Positions 17,832-26,380 of a stretch of 64,000 nucleotides of DNA are shown piece after piece. Positions within the stretch are counted from its first letter, which is position 1, and each line of letters opens with the position of its first letter. The DNA comes from Acidobacteriota bacterium (lineage in GTDB: Bacteria; Acidobacteriota; UBA6911; RPQK01; JAJDTT01). The notes beneath the pieces are model-generated. The model did not search any database. It was not told the DNA's origin and saw nothing but the letters and a program-made list of their open reading frames with translations. The position numbers and the translations under genes were made by a program. The stretch covers positions 3,680,001 through 3,744,000 of the forward strand of contig OZ253580.1 in assembly GCA_965263035.1 (NCBI GenBank), written 5' to 3'.

Positions 17832-19310
17832 GTGAGACCTGCTTCGTTCCTGTGCTGCCTGTCTCTTCTCCCCCTCTGGGCGCCGCCGGCGACTCTGGCC
17901 CTTGGGAAAGGGATGCCGGAACCGCCAGGAGAGCCTCGACTCGTCCATATCGGTCAACGGGTCGGAGCCTGGGGCCGCATGGGTGGCCTCTTTCTCCACG
18001 ACGATCACTTGGTCGCCCGGTCGCAGGGCCTGGGGCGTGTCATGGGAAAGGTCAGGAAGCATCCCGGCAACCCGATCCTCGCGGCCGATCGTCCCTGGGA
18101 GGCCGGTTCCGTCGGGTATGCCTGCGTCATCTACGACGGCGAGGAGAAGCTCTACAAGATGTGGTACGAGTCCCGCCTCAACCCGGGGCGGCTCAGCGGT
18201 CCCAACCTGGAGCAGGGGCGCTGCCTGTACGCCACTTCCGGAGATGGACTGGCCTGGGAAAAGCCGATCCTCGGAATCGTCGAAAGCCACGGTTCCCGGG
18301 AGAACAACATCGTCTTCGCCGGTCCGGAAGGGGCTCGCAACAAGGTCTACTGGGTCATCAAGGATCGAGCCGACCCGGATCCGGCCAGACGCTACAAGAT
18401 GATGTTTCATCTCTGGGACTTTCGGGGCCGCGGCGTGGGCATCGCCTACTCGGCGGACGGTCTGCATTGGAAGACGGACGCCCGGGTGAACCTCCACGGG
18501 GGCTTCGACACCCACAACATCTTTTTCTGGGATGACCGGGTGGGACAATACGTGGGCTACTTCCGCACCCGTATGCTGGGACGGCGCTTCATCGCCCGCG
18601 CCACGAGTCCCGATGCCTTCCACTGGTCTCATCCGGTGAGCGTGCATGGTCCCGACCAGGGCGATCCCCGGGACTTCGACCTCTATACCCCGGGCGTCTT
18701 CAAATACAGCCGCGCCGCGGACACTTACGTCCTCTACTCCGCGGCCTTCGATCGGGCAGCCGATCGACTCTTCGGTCAGCTGGCCGTCAGCCGGGATGGA
18801 ATCGACTGGCATCGGTTTCGTGCTCCTTTCCTTCCCCTGGGTTCGGAGGGGGAGTGGGACGCCGGCTCGATTTATCCCGCACCCTCCCAGGTCTCCGTCG
18901 GGGGCGACAGCGCCATCTACTACCGGGGCGATCATGTCGGTCACGGATCCGGAGGCCGGCCCGGCATCGGCGTGGCGCTTCTGGACGAGGGGGGATTTGT
19001 CGCCTGGGAGGCTGAGACTCGGGGGACTCTCACCACCCATCCGCTGGCAGTCGGGGGATCACGGGAGACCCTCTACGTGAACGGGGATGCTTCCGGAGGA
19101 TCGATCCGCGCCGAGTTGCTCGATGCGGACGGGGAGGTCATTCCAGGCTTCTCGAGGCAGGAGAGCGTCCCCATCAGCGCAAGAGGCTCGCGGCTTTTGG
19201 TCCGGTGGAAGGGAAAGTCCGGCCTGGGCGACGCCGTGCTGCAACCTTTTCGCCTCAAGCTGTATCTGGAACGGGCGCGAGTCTACGGCCTCGGTTGTGC
19301 CCGGCCTTGA
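17832..19310 (+). CDS. Secreted five-bladed beta-propeller, glycoside-hydrolase-like
   Basis: Signal peptide; KHPGNPIL, SxDGxxW repeats, C-terminal GTLTTHPL..GGSIRAELLD domain. Confidence 0.75.
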   Translation: MRPASFLCCLSLLPLWAPPATLALGKGMPEPPGEPRLVHIGQRVGAWGRMGGLFLHDDHLVARSQGLGRVMGKVRKHPGNPILAADRPWEAGSVGYACVIYDGEEKLYKMWYESRLNPGRLSGPNLEQGRCLYATSGDGLAWEKPILGIVESHGSRENNIVFAGPEGARNKVYWVIKDRADPDPARRYKMMFHLWDFRGRGVGIAYSADGLHWKTDARVNLHGGFDTHNIFFWDDRVGQYVGYFRTRMLGRRFIARATSPDAFHWSHPVSVHGPDQGDPRDFDLYTPGVFKYSRAADTYVLYSAAFDRAADRLFGQLAVSRDGIDWHRFRAPFLPLGSEGEWDAGSIYPAPSQVSVGGDSAIYYRGDHVGHGSGGRPGIGVALLDEGGFVAWEAETRGTLTTHPLAVGGSRETLYVNGDASGGSIRAELLDADGEVIPGFSRQESVPISARGSRLLVRWKGKSGLGDAVLQPFRLKLYLERARVYGLGCARP

Positions 19311-19396
19311 CCGGTCGATAATGTAGGCTGGCCGGAGATAAGGAACGGGAACCGATTGCGGGCGGCTGTCGGAAACAGAACTCGGGAGAGGGCGCT

Positions 19397-20191
19397 TTGA
19401 ACGTCGATCTCAAGAATCAGGTGGCCTTGGTCACCGGAGGGGCCAAGGGCATCGGGAAGGCCATTTCCACGCTTCTGGCAACCAACGGCGCTCGCGTGGC
19501 CATCGTGGATATCGATCTGGATGCGGCTGAAAAAACGGCGGCCGGAATCCGGGAATCCGGAGGAGAGGTGTTGGCCATCGAAGGGGACGTGAGCCGCTCC
19601 GGGCAGATGGAGCCGGCCGTCGAGCGGATCGCGGAGGAATGGGGGAAGCTCTCGATTCTGGTCAACAACGCGGGAATCAACACCCTCGGAGGCCGGGTGC
19701 CTATTCATGAGTTCCGGGAAGAAGACTGGAGCCGGATCCTGGAGGTGGACTTGACCGGCGTCTACGTCGTCAGCAAGGCTGCGGTCCCCGCCCTGCTCCG
19801 CAACCGCGGGGGGCGGATCGTGAACATCTCGTCCGTCGCCGGTCTGGTCCCGTTGCGCCTGCAGAGCGCTTTCGTCGCGGCCAAGGCGGGCGTGGTCAAT
19901 CTGACCCGCTCCATGGCACTGGAGCTGGGTTCTCAGGGTATTCTGGTCAACGCGGTGGCGCCCGGTTCCACCCTGACCCGGGGAACGAAGAAGCTCTTCT
20001 ACGCCGACGACGGCGTCTACACGGAAAACGCCGCAAGCTTGCTGTCCCATATTCCTCTGGGCCGGCCGGCTGAAACCCGGGAAATCGCCTATTCGGTGCT
20101 CTTCCTGGTTTCGCCGGAAGCGAGCTATATCAATGGAGCGGTCCTGACGGTCGATGGGGGATGGACCGCCGGATATACTCGAGACTGGTAG
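19397..20191 (+). CDS. SDR-family NAD(P)-dependent oxidoreductase
   Basis: TGGAKGIG, NNAG, FVAAK (YxxxK variant with F), VDGG. Confidence 0.92.
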   Translation: MNVDLKNQVALVTGGAKGIGKAISTLLATNGARVAIVDIDLDAAEKTAAGIRESGGEVLAIEGDVSRSGQMEPAVERIAEEWGKLSILVNNAGINTLGGRVPIHEFREEDWSRILEVDLTGVYVVSKAAVPALLRNRGGRIVNISSVAGLVPLRLQSAFVAAKAGVVNLTRSMALELGSQGILVNAVAPGSTLTRGTKKLFYADDGVYTENAASLLSHIPLGRPAETREIAYSVLFLVSPEASYINGAVLTVDGGWTAGYTRDW

Positions 20192-20219
20192 CTGCCCAGC
20201 AGAAACGGAGATGTGACAG

Positions 20220-20636
20220 ATGGCCAAGATCACCGAGTTTCAGGGATATCAGGGGGAGCCGCCGATTCCGAAGCCGGACGCGTTGGTAGAACCCAATATC
20301 GTTACCGTGCAGGACGGCGTTCCCGTCAAGTACCCGGGGTGCGAGGGAATAGGGGTCCGCGTGGTGCATCCCTCCAATCCCAGGGCCCCGGCCGAGAACC
20401 TGGGAATGGTCATGTTCTTCGTCCCGCCCCACGTGGTCCTGGGAGTGGGCAGCCACCATACCGAGGAATGCTACGTCATCCTGAAGGGGCGGGGGACCAT
20501 GACGCTGGCCGGGAAACAGGTCCCGGTGAGCGCGGGGACCTTCATCCATCTGCCGCCCTGGTGCGAGCATGGAGTCGAGAACACGGGAGATGAGACCATG
20601 GAGATTCTCATCTGCACTTCTCCTCCCAATCCCTAG
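20220..20636 (+). CDS. Cupin-domain protein
   Basis: HHTEECYVILKGRG...IHLPPWCEH. Confidence 0.85.
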   Translation: MAKITEFQGYQGEPPIPKPDALVEPNIVTVQDGVPVKYPGCEGIGVRVVHPSNPRAPAENLGMVMFFVPPHVVLGVGSHHTEECYVILKGRGTMTLAGKQVPVSAGTFIHLPPWCEHGVENTGDETMEILICTSPPNP

Positions 20637-20795
20637 GAGTCTGCGCGGTAGAAATGATCGTAGCGAGAAAGTGGGGAATCGAGGCCAGATTTTCTCGATT
20701 TTGAGGTGCATAGTTGTTCTATTCGCCGAGAAATCGGGGAAATATGGACCGATTCTACCGCTTTCGCAGTAGATTAATTTCTGCGGCGCAGGCTC
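20637..20795 (+). mobile_element. 159-bp MITE, copy 2
   Basis: TIRs as in copy 1; perfect CTAG duplication (20633-20636, 20796-20799); the left copy includes the cupin stop codon. Confidence 0.92.
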
Positions 20796-20825
20796 CTAGA
20801 CCTTGAGACTACTCTTGGAGGAATT

Positions 20826-21236
20826 ATGAAAGTTCTGGAACATGTGGCAATCGTGGCGGACGATCCCGAGAGCTTGGCGGACTGGTACTGTCAGACCCTT
20901 GGATTCGAGCTCTTGTCCAAAGGGACCGTCGTGCTTGGGGACACGGAGATCTCCTATCACTTTCTGGGCCTGTCGGGTGGGGCCCTGCTCGAGATCCTGA
21001 ATTCCAACGGGAAGGAACGGACCCGGAAGGAGGACGACGACGCCGGGATTCGACACATCGCGTTCCTGGTGGAGGATATGGACGCCTCCTGCCGGTCCTT
21101 GCAGGAGAAGGGGATCGAAGTCGGCCCAACGCGGGAGCTCCCGAACGGGACGAAGCTGGTGTTCTTCCGGGACCCGGAGGACAACATCCTCCAACTGGTC
21201 TTTCGGACCGCGCCCGTACGGCCCTGGCTGTCGTGA
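20826..21236 (+). CDS. VOC/glyoxalase-family protein
   Basis: EHVAI..WYCQTLGF...IRHIAFLVED...FFRDPEDNILQL. Confidence 0.88.
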   Translation: MKVLEHVAIVADDPESLADWYCQTLGFELLSKGTVVLGDTEISYHFLGLSGGALLEILNSNGKERTRKEDDDAGIRHIAFLVEDMDASCRSLQEKGIEVGPTRELPNGTKLVFFRDPEDNILQLVFRTAPVRPWLS

Positions 21237-21291
21237 AGAAGCCCGTCAGGGAACGAGAAACCGCCCTCGCGCGTTCGCCGGCGAGCCGGTT

Positions 21292-22294
21292 TCAGCGTCC
21301 GGTCCAGGAACGGTAGGCGGCCAGTCCGACCAGAGCGTTGCAGGTGGTGTTGAGCCGCAGATCCAAAGGCTGATCAGGATCTCCTCCTCCCACCGCGTCG
21401 CCCCACCACTGTCCGTCCGGCTGTTGGCTGCGAATCAGATACGCGGCAATCCGACGGGCAGCGTGCCGGTAGCGATCCTCGGGCGACACCTGGTACAGAT
21501 CGGTGAGGCCCCAGAGGAATTTGTGGGATTCTACGCAGTCGTAGATGCCTTCTCTCCCGGTGAGAACGGCGTCCGTGTACTTCCGGGCCGCCTCCAGATA
21601 CCGGTTCTCTTGGGTCAGTCGAAAGAGCCGCACCAACAGCACCTGGACCGGCCCCAGGCGGGCCGGTCGCTGTTTGAGCCCGTCGCGGTCTACGAAGTCC
21701 CTGCTGGTCCGTTCCAGGAGCAGCTCCTGGGTGCCGTCCACCCGGCGGTTTGCTGCCAGGTAGATTCCTTCCTCCGGGTGGGGCTGAAGCTTCAGCAGTT
21801 CGATGAGAAAATCACCCGCGCTCCGAGCGGCGGCAACGTGGCGGGTTGACAGAAGGCCGAGACCGGAAAATCCGGCTGTCATGGCGTGTTGGACGCCCTC
21901 CCCCTCGCTGAGGTCCGCCGCCCTGTCCAGGAAACCCCCATTCTCCCCGTCCTGATAGGCGAGGATGTCCTCGGCGAGCGGGAAGGCGATGTCGTACCGG
22001 CCGCAGATCCCGGCGCCCCAGACCATCCAGCCTCGATCGTAGGTGTTGGTGGACCGGGACGCCTCCTGCTCCGGCGGGATCGACAACTCGCCGCGGTCTC
22101 CCAGGAATCGAGAGGCAAACCAGTCGAGACAGGAGAATGCCGCGTCGAAGGCGCCGTTGACGGCCAGACTGCCGGGAACCTTGTAGTAAAGCGAAGCTTG
22201 ATCGGATCCCTGGATGCTTCCCCGCTCGTCCATCAGGGATCGGAGCCAGCGGCATGCCGATTTCAGGCTCCGGGACAACTCCTGATCGGTGGAA
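21292..22294 (-). pseudogene. Helical-barrel-like hypothetical protein separated from its start codon by IS1634
   Basis: RBS and GTG lie at 24395 beyond the IS; rejoining at CTAG gives MSVPEPTPSSTDQELSRSLK in frame; QQPDGQW-type motif. Confidence 0.7.
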
Positions 22295-22298
22295 CTAG

Positions 22299-24369
22299 CC
22301 CGAGTTTACCGTATTGGAGATCAGGATAAAGATAAGTTGTTTTTTTGCAAAGAGATAGGGCAGGTGTCCCGTATGACCTACGGAGCCGCATCAAGGGGTC
22401 GGATGGCGTGTTTTTCGAGTCCCAGGACTTCGTACATCGTGCGCTGTTCGTCCGTCATCTGCGAGAGCGTCGTCCGGAGTTCGGGCTCGCCGCCCTCCTC
22501 CCGCGCTGGATACAGCACGTCGACTTCGCGGATCCCGCTGAGCGCGTCCAGCAGCGCGGGGATCGAATCCTGCACGCCGTGGCGGCTCAGTTCCCGCTGC
22601 AGCAGGCCGCACAGCAGCAGCGCCAGCACGCAGCAGAACACATGCACCGCGATCTTCTGGTCCGTCCAGTGGTATTGTGGCCGGATGGCGATGCAGTTGC
22701 TGTCCTTGAGCTGCCGGAAGGCGCTCTCGACATGATGTTGCGCGCGGTAGCCGCGCACCAGCTCGGCGTCGCTCCAGCCCGCCTGGTCGGTGAACAGCAG
22801 GGTCTTGCCCAGTAACGTGCGCTGAAGCTGCTCCCAGGCGCGCCGCTGGAAGCGATAATTCACCTTCGGCAAGCCGTCCACCTCACGCACCTGAACGGCG
22901 AACAGGTCCCGCATGTGCCGGGCCCGCAGCCAGCCGTCGACCTTCTTGCGCGTGCCGGCCAGGCTCGGCTTGCGTCCCCCCCGGATCTTGCCCTCGCGCC
23001 AGCGCCGCAACTGCCACTGCAGGGCGCGCAGGTGCTGGCGCCGCTTAGCGATCTCGCGCAGCAGCGTCCGACATTGGGCGTCGAACAGCGCTTGGTTCCA
23101 AGTCACCAGCACCGTGCGCTGGACGCCGAACACTTTGGACTCGGTGCGGTAGGAGCGCACGCCGGCCAGCCCGTCGGCCTCCAGCGAGCGCATCTGGTCC
23201 GCAGGCACGGCCAGCAGGTGCGGATGCTGGGTGGGGACCAGCGAGCCGATGAAGTGGAACGGGCTGCGCTCGACCCAGTCCAAGTTCGGGCGCGAGTTGT
23301 TGCCCTTGTCGAAGACCAGGGTGACCGTCTCGGTCCCGGCGGCGATCTCCCGGTAGCGCCGGGCCAAGTCGGCGGCGAGGCTTTGGAACGTTGGCGCGTC
23401 GGGGCGGTTGCCGGGATAGGTGCGATGCAGCAGGGGCAGGCGGAAGTCGGCCGTGACCAGCAGGGCCACGCCGATGATGCGCAACGACCTGCGGCCCTCC
23501 TTGCTGTGACCGCGCTGAGCCAGTTGGGAGCGCTGGTTGAAGGAATTGATGTAGGTAAAGAAGTGGGTGGCGTCAAACAGCACTTGGCCCAGGTCGAGGC
23601 GGAACTCGCGGGTCATGGCGGCAACGATGTCGCGTTCAATGGCGGGTAGGGCGGGGACGGGGACGCGGTGCATATGGTCCCAGAAGCGCTGGCTGGTGAG
23701 CTGGTTGGAGCGCAGGGGGAGCAGGCGGCGCAGGGCGGTGGAGTCGAACCAACGGGCGAGGCTGGCCTTGGAGCCGGGGGCGAGGCAGCGGTTGAGGACG
23801 GCGGCGAGCAAGTAGGTGCCGACGGAGGGACCGGAGCCGCGCTTCGGGAGATGGCGGTCGATGTGCTCGACCAACTGCAAGCGGCGGGCGAGGGTAAGCA
23901 GGGCGGCCGAGGCCCCGAATTCGCGCACGACCGCCTCGAGCGGCTGGGCGGGGGCGGGGGCGGCGCGGAGCTTCTCGATGATCTTGTCGGCGCGACCGAG
24001 ATAGGTCTGGGAGACGATCTTGGGTTTGCCGTCGACGCGCTTGCAGACGCGGGCGTAGTAGTAGGGGCGGCCCCGGATGATCTTCTTGACGAGGCTGGCC
24101 ATATATTTAGGTCATACAATAGCGTATGGATCCGACCGATGTCAAGCGAGTTATCCGTAAAAACTTCATTTATAGATGGAATAATAGTTCTGGAGAAGAC
24201 CTGACAAATCCCACCATATATTAGGCCATACAAAAATCAATGGGACGAGAGCAAGGGCCTCGGCCGGGCTGGGTGATAAACCCTTCCTTATCAATAACTT
24301 GAATCTGAATCGTCGGTCTGCCCACGCGCTAGGGCAATGCTATGCTGGTGCGAACACGGTAAAGTCGAG
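22299..24369 (-). mobile_element. IS1634-family element
   Basis: IRs CCCGAGTTTACCGT / CTCGACTTTACCGT; CTAG duplication at 22295-22298 and 24370-24373. Confidence 0.85.
22378..24102 (-). CDS. IS1634-family DDE transposase
   Basis: GRPYYY..RVDGKPKIVSQTYLG N-terminus, FDATHF, RGHSKE, VFDKGN, VESAFRQLK..IRPQYHWT. Confidence 0.88.
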   Translation of the reverse strand: MASLVKKIIRGRPYYYARVCKRVDGKPKIVSQTYLGRADKIIEKLRAAPAPAQPLEAVVREFGASAALLTLARRLQLVEHIDRHLPKRGSGPSVGTYLLAAVLNRCLAPGSKASLARWFDSTALRRLLPLRSNQLTSQRFWDHMHRVPVPALPAIERDIVAAMTREFRLDLGQVLFDATHFFTYINSFNQRSQLAQRGHSKEGRRSLRIIGVALLVTADFRLPLLHRTYPGNRPDAPTFQSLAADLARRYREIAAGTETVTLVFDKGNNSRPNLDWVERSPFHFIGSLVPTQHPHLLAVPADQMRSLEADGLAGVRSYRTESKVFGVQRTVLVTWNQALFDAQCRTLLREIAKRRQHLRALQWQLRRWREGKIRGGRKPSLAGTRKKVDGWLRARHMRDLFAVQVREVDGLPKVNYRFQRRAWEQLQRTLLGKTLLFTDQAGWSDAELVRGYRAQHHVESAFRQLKDSNCIAIRPQYHWTDQKIAVHVFCCVLALLLCGLLQRELSRHGVQDSIPALLDALSGIREVDVLYPAREEGGEPELRTTLSQMTDEQRTMYEVLGLEKHAIRPLDAAP

Positions 24370-24424
24370 CTAGGGGTCGGCTCTGGGACTGACACGGGCT
24401 GTTCCTCTACGAAGTAGTGCGGCT

Positions 24425-26116
24425 TCAGTCCCTGTCCCAGGCCTTGGGTGCGATGCCCTCGATGTGGGTCTTCACGTCGATCACGGCGGGCCGGTCGGAA
24501 GCCAACGCCTGCTCCAGGGCGCCGGCCAACTCGCTCGGCTTGTTGACCTGGACCCCGAAGCAGCCCATCGACTCTGCGATCTTTGCGAAGTCGGCGTCGG
24601 TGAGCCTCCAGAGCAGGTCGGATCCCGGCTGGCGCCCGCCGTAGATCCCTTCGTTGAGATCCTTCTCCTGGTTCAGTGAGGCGTTGTTGTTGATCAGCGT
24701 CACCGTGTGGATGCCGTAGCGGAGCGCCGTATCCAACTCCGTCATGTGGTACCAGACACCGCCGTCTCCGGTGAAACAGATGACGGGCCGGTCTCCGGCG
24801 GCGCACTTGGCTCCGATGGCCGCCGGAATACCCCATCCCAGGGACCCGGCGCAGCGGATGTAGGATTGAGCCGGCGACGTCAGGTCCACCATGGTTCCGG
24901 TCCAGATGCCCGCGTGCCCGGTGTCGGACACGAGGATGGCGTCGTCCGGCAGCCGCCGGGTCAGCTCCTTGCACAGCCGTTCCGGCCGCATGGGAAGCAG
25001 ATCGGAGTCGGCGATGGGCGCCACCTCATCGCGCCACTCCCGGACCAGCTGATGAATGCGGGCGATCCAACCGGCGCGGGACCGGGACAGCTCCGAGGAC
25101 TCGACGCCGCTGCAGTGGGCCAACATCTTGCGCAGTCCGGCCCGGGCGTCGCCCTGCATGCCGACCGAAATGGGGAAGGACCGCCCCAGCTCGGCGGGGT
25201 CGATGTCGAGTTGGATGACTTGGGTGCCGGGCCGAGGGATCCGCCAGTCGTTGGTTACCTGACCGCCGGTATGACTGCCCACGAAGAAGACCAGGTCCGC
25301 TTCGGCCAGGGCGCGGTTGGCGCAGGCGCGGGAGTACTGGCCTGAAACGCCGACGGCCAGAGGGTGGTCGAAAGGGAAGGTCTCCTTGGCGTTCAGGGAG
25401 GTGATGACGGGCAACTGGAGCCGGTCCGAGAGCTCTACCAGTTCCTGACCGGCCCCGGAGACGGTCACGCCGCCCCCCGCTACCACGATGGGGCGTCGGG
25501 TCTTGACCAGCAGTTCGATGGCGCCGAGCACCGGCGCCAACTCCGGCTCCGGGCGAAAGGGTGGAATCTGGGTGAACGGCTCCTCGACCACGATCTCCAG
25601 GTCGGCCTCGCCGGTCATCACTTCCCCGCCGAAGATCCCCCACAGATCCAGATGAGTGGGACGAGGCGTTGCGGTCACGGCCTCCCGAATGGCTTGGCGC
25701 AGGAAGCGGGGAAAGTGGTCGACGGCGGTGACCGCCATGCTGTACTTGGTCACGGCGGCGAAGGGCCCCGCGTGCGACACTTCCTGATAGGCGTTGCGGT
25801 CTTGCCGAACCTGCGGGAGCCGGCCCGTCAGGGCGACGACGGGTGAACAGGCCAGATAGGCGTCCTGGAGTCCGGCGGCCAGATTCAGGGCCCCCACCGA
25901 TTGGGCTCCACAGACGCCGATCCCACGGCGCACGCGGGCGTAACCGTCGGCCATGTAGGCCGCCGCCTTCTCGCCGTGGGTCATGATTCTGGAGATCCCC
26001 ATCCGCTCCATTTCGGGCATCGCATCGGGTATGACCACGGGCATGAAGAAGAAGTGTGTGACGCCGTACCCGTGCAGGGTCTCGGCCAGAAAGCGGGCTC
26101 CCGTCATCGTCGCCAT
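24425..26116 (-). CDS. Thiamine-pyrophosphate-dependent enzyme (acetolactate-synthase-like)
   Basis: HGEKAAAYMADGYAR, GSLGWGIPAAIG, GDGG...NN TPP motif. Confidence 0.92.
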   Translation of the reverse strand: MATMTGARFLAETLHGYGVTHFFFMPVVIPDAMPEMERMGISRIMTHGEKAAAYMADGYARVRRGIGVCGAQSVGALNLAAGLQDAYLACSPVVALTGRLPQVRQDRNAYQEVSHAGPFAAVTKYSMAVTAVDHFPRFLRQAIREAVTATPRPTHLDLWGIFGGEVMTGEADLEIVVEEPFTQIPPFRPEPELAPVLGAIELLVKTRRPIVVAGGGVTVSGAGQELVELSDRLQLPVITSLNAKETFPFDHPLAVGVSGQYSRACANRALAEADLVFFVGSHTGGQVTNDWRIPRPGTQVIQLDIDPAELGRSFPISVGMQGDARAGLRKMLAHCSGVESSELSRSRAGWIARIHQLVREWRDEVAPIADSDLLPMRPERLCKELTRRLPDDAILVSDTGHAGIWTGTMVDLTSPAQSYIRCAGSLGWGIPAAIGAKCAAGDRPVICFTGDGGVWYHMTELDTALRYGIHTVTLINNNASLNQEKDLNEGIYGGRQPGSDLLWRLTDADFAKIAESMGCFGVQVNKPSELAGALEQALASDRPAVIDVKTHIEGIAPKAWDRD

Positions 26117-26294
26117 AGGAAAGCGCCTCCCCGAATGCGCGCTGCCGATCTCAGCTCTGGGAACGCTTCGATCGGACGCGTTCATGACCCATTTCAGTCC
26201 GGATCAGTCTACTACGTGCCCGTGGTGCAGGTCGCCACGGCACCTGACAGACAAGGAAACCTGGCGGTAGGGGTGTTCTGCCGAGTCTGAAAGA

Positions 26295-26325
26295 AGAAAG
26301 GGCAACCACCAGGGTTGCCCTTTCT
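26295..26325 (-). terminator. Intrinsic terminator-like hairpin
   Basis: AGAAAGGGCAACC-ACCAG-GGTTGCCCTTTCT with a T-rich tail on the minus strand; homologous hairpin at 28924-28948. Confidence 0.7.
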
Positions 26326-26380
26326 CGTCTGCATGTTCGACGCCGCGCGCTGCCACGCGGTCCGGGAGATCCTAGAATTG

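Noticed and set aside
24274-24293. TGATAA-N8-TTATCA palindrome resembling A-site arms
   Set aside because: It lies inside the IS1634 end, has different spacing and lacks the module context
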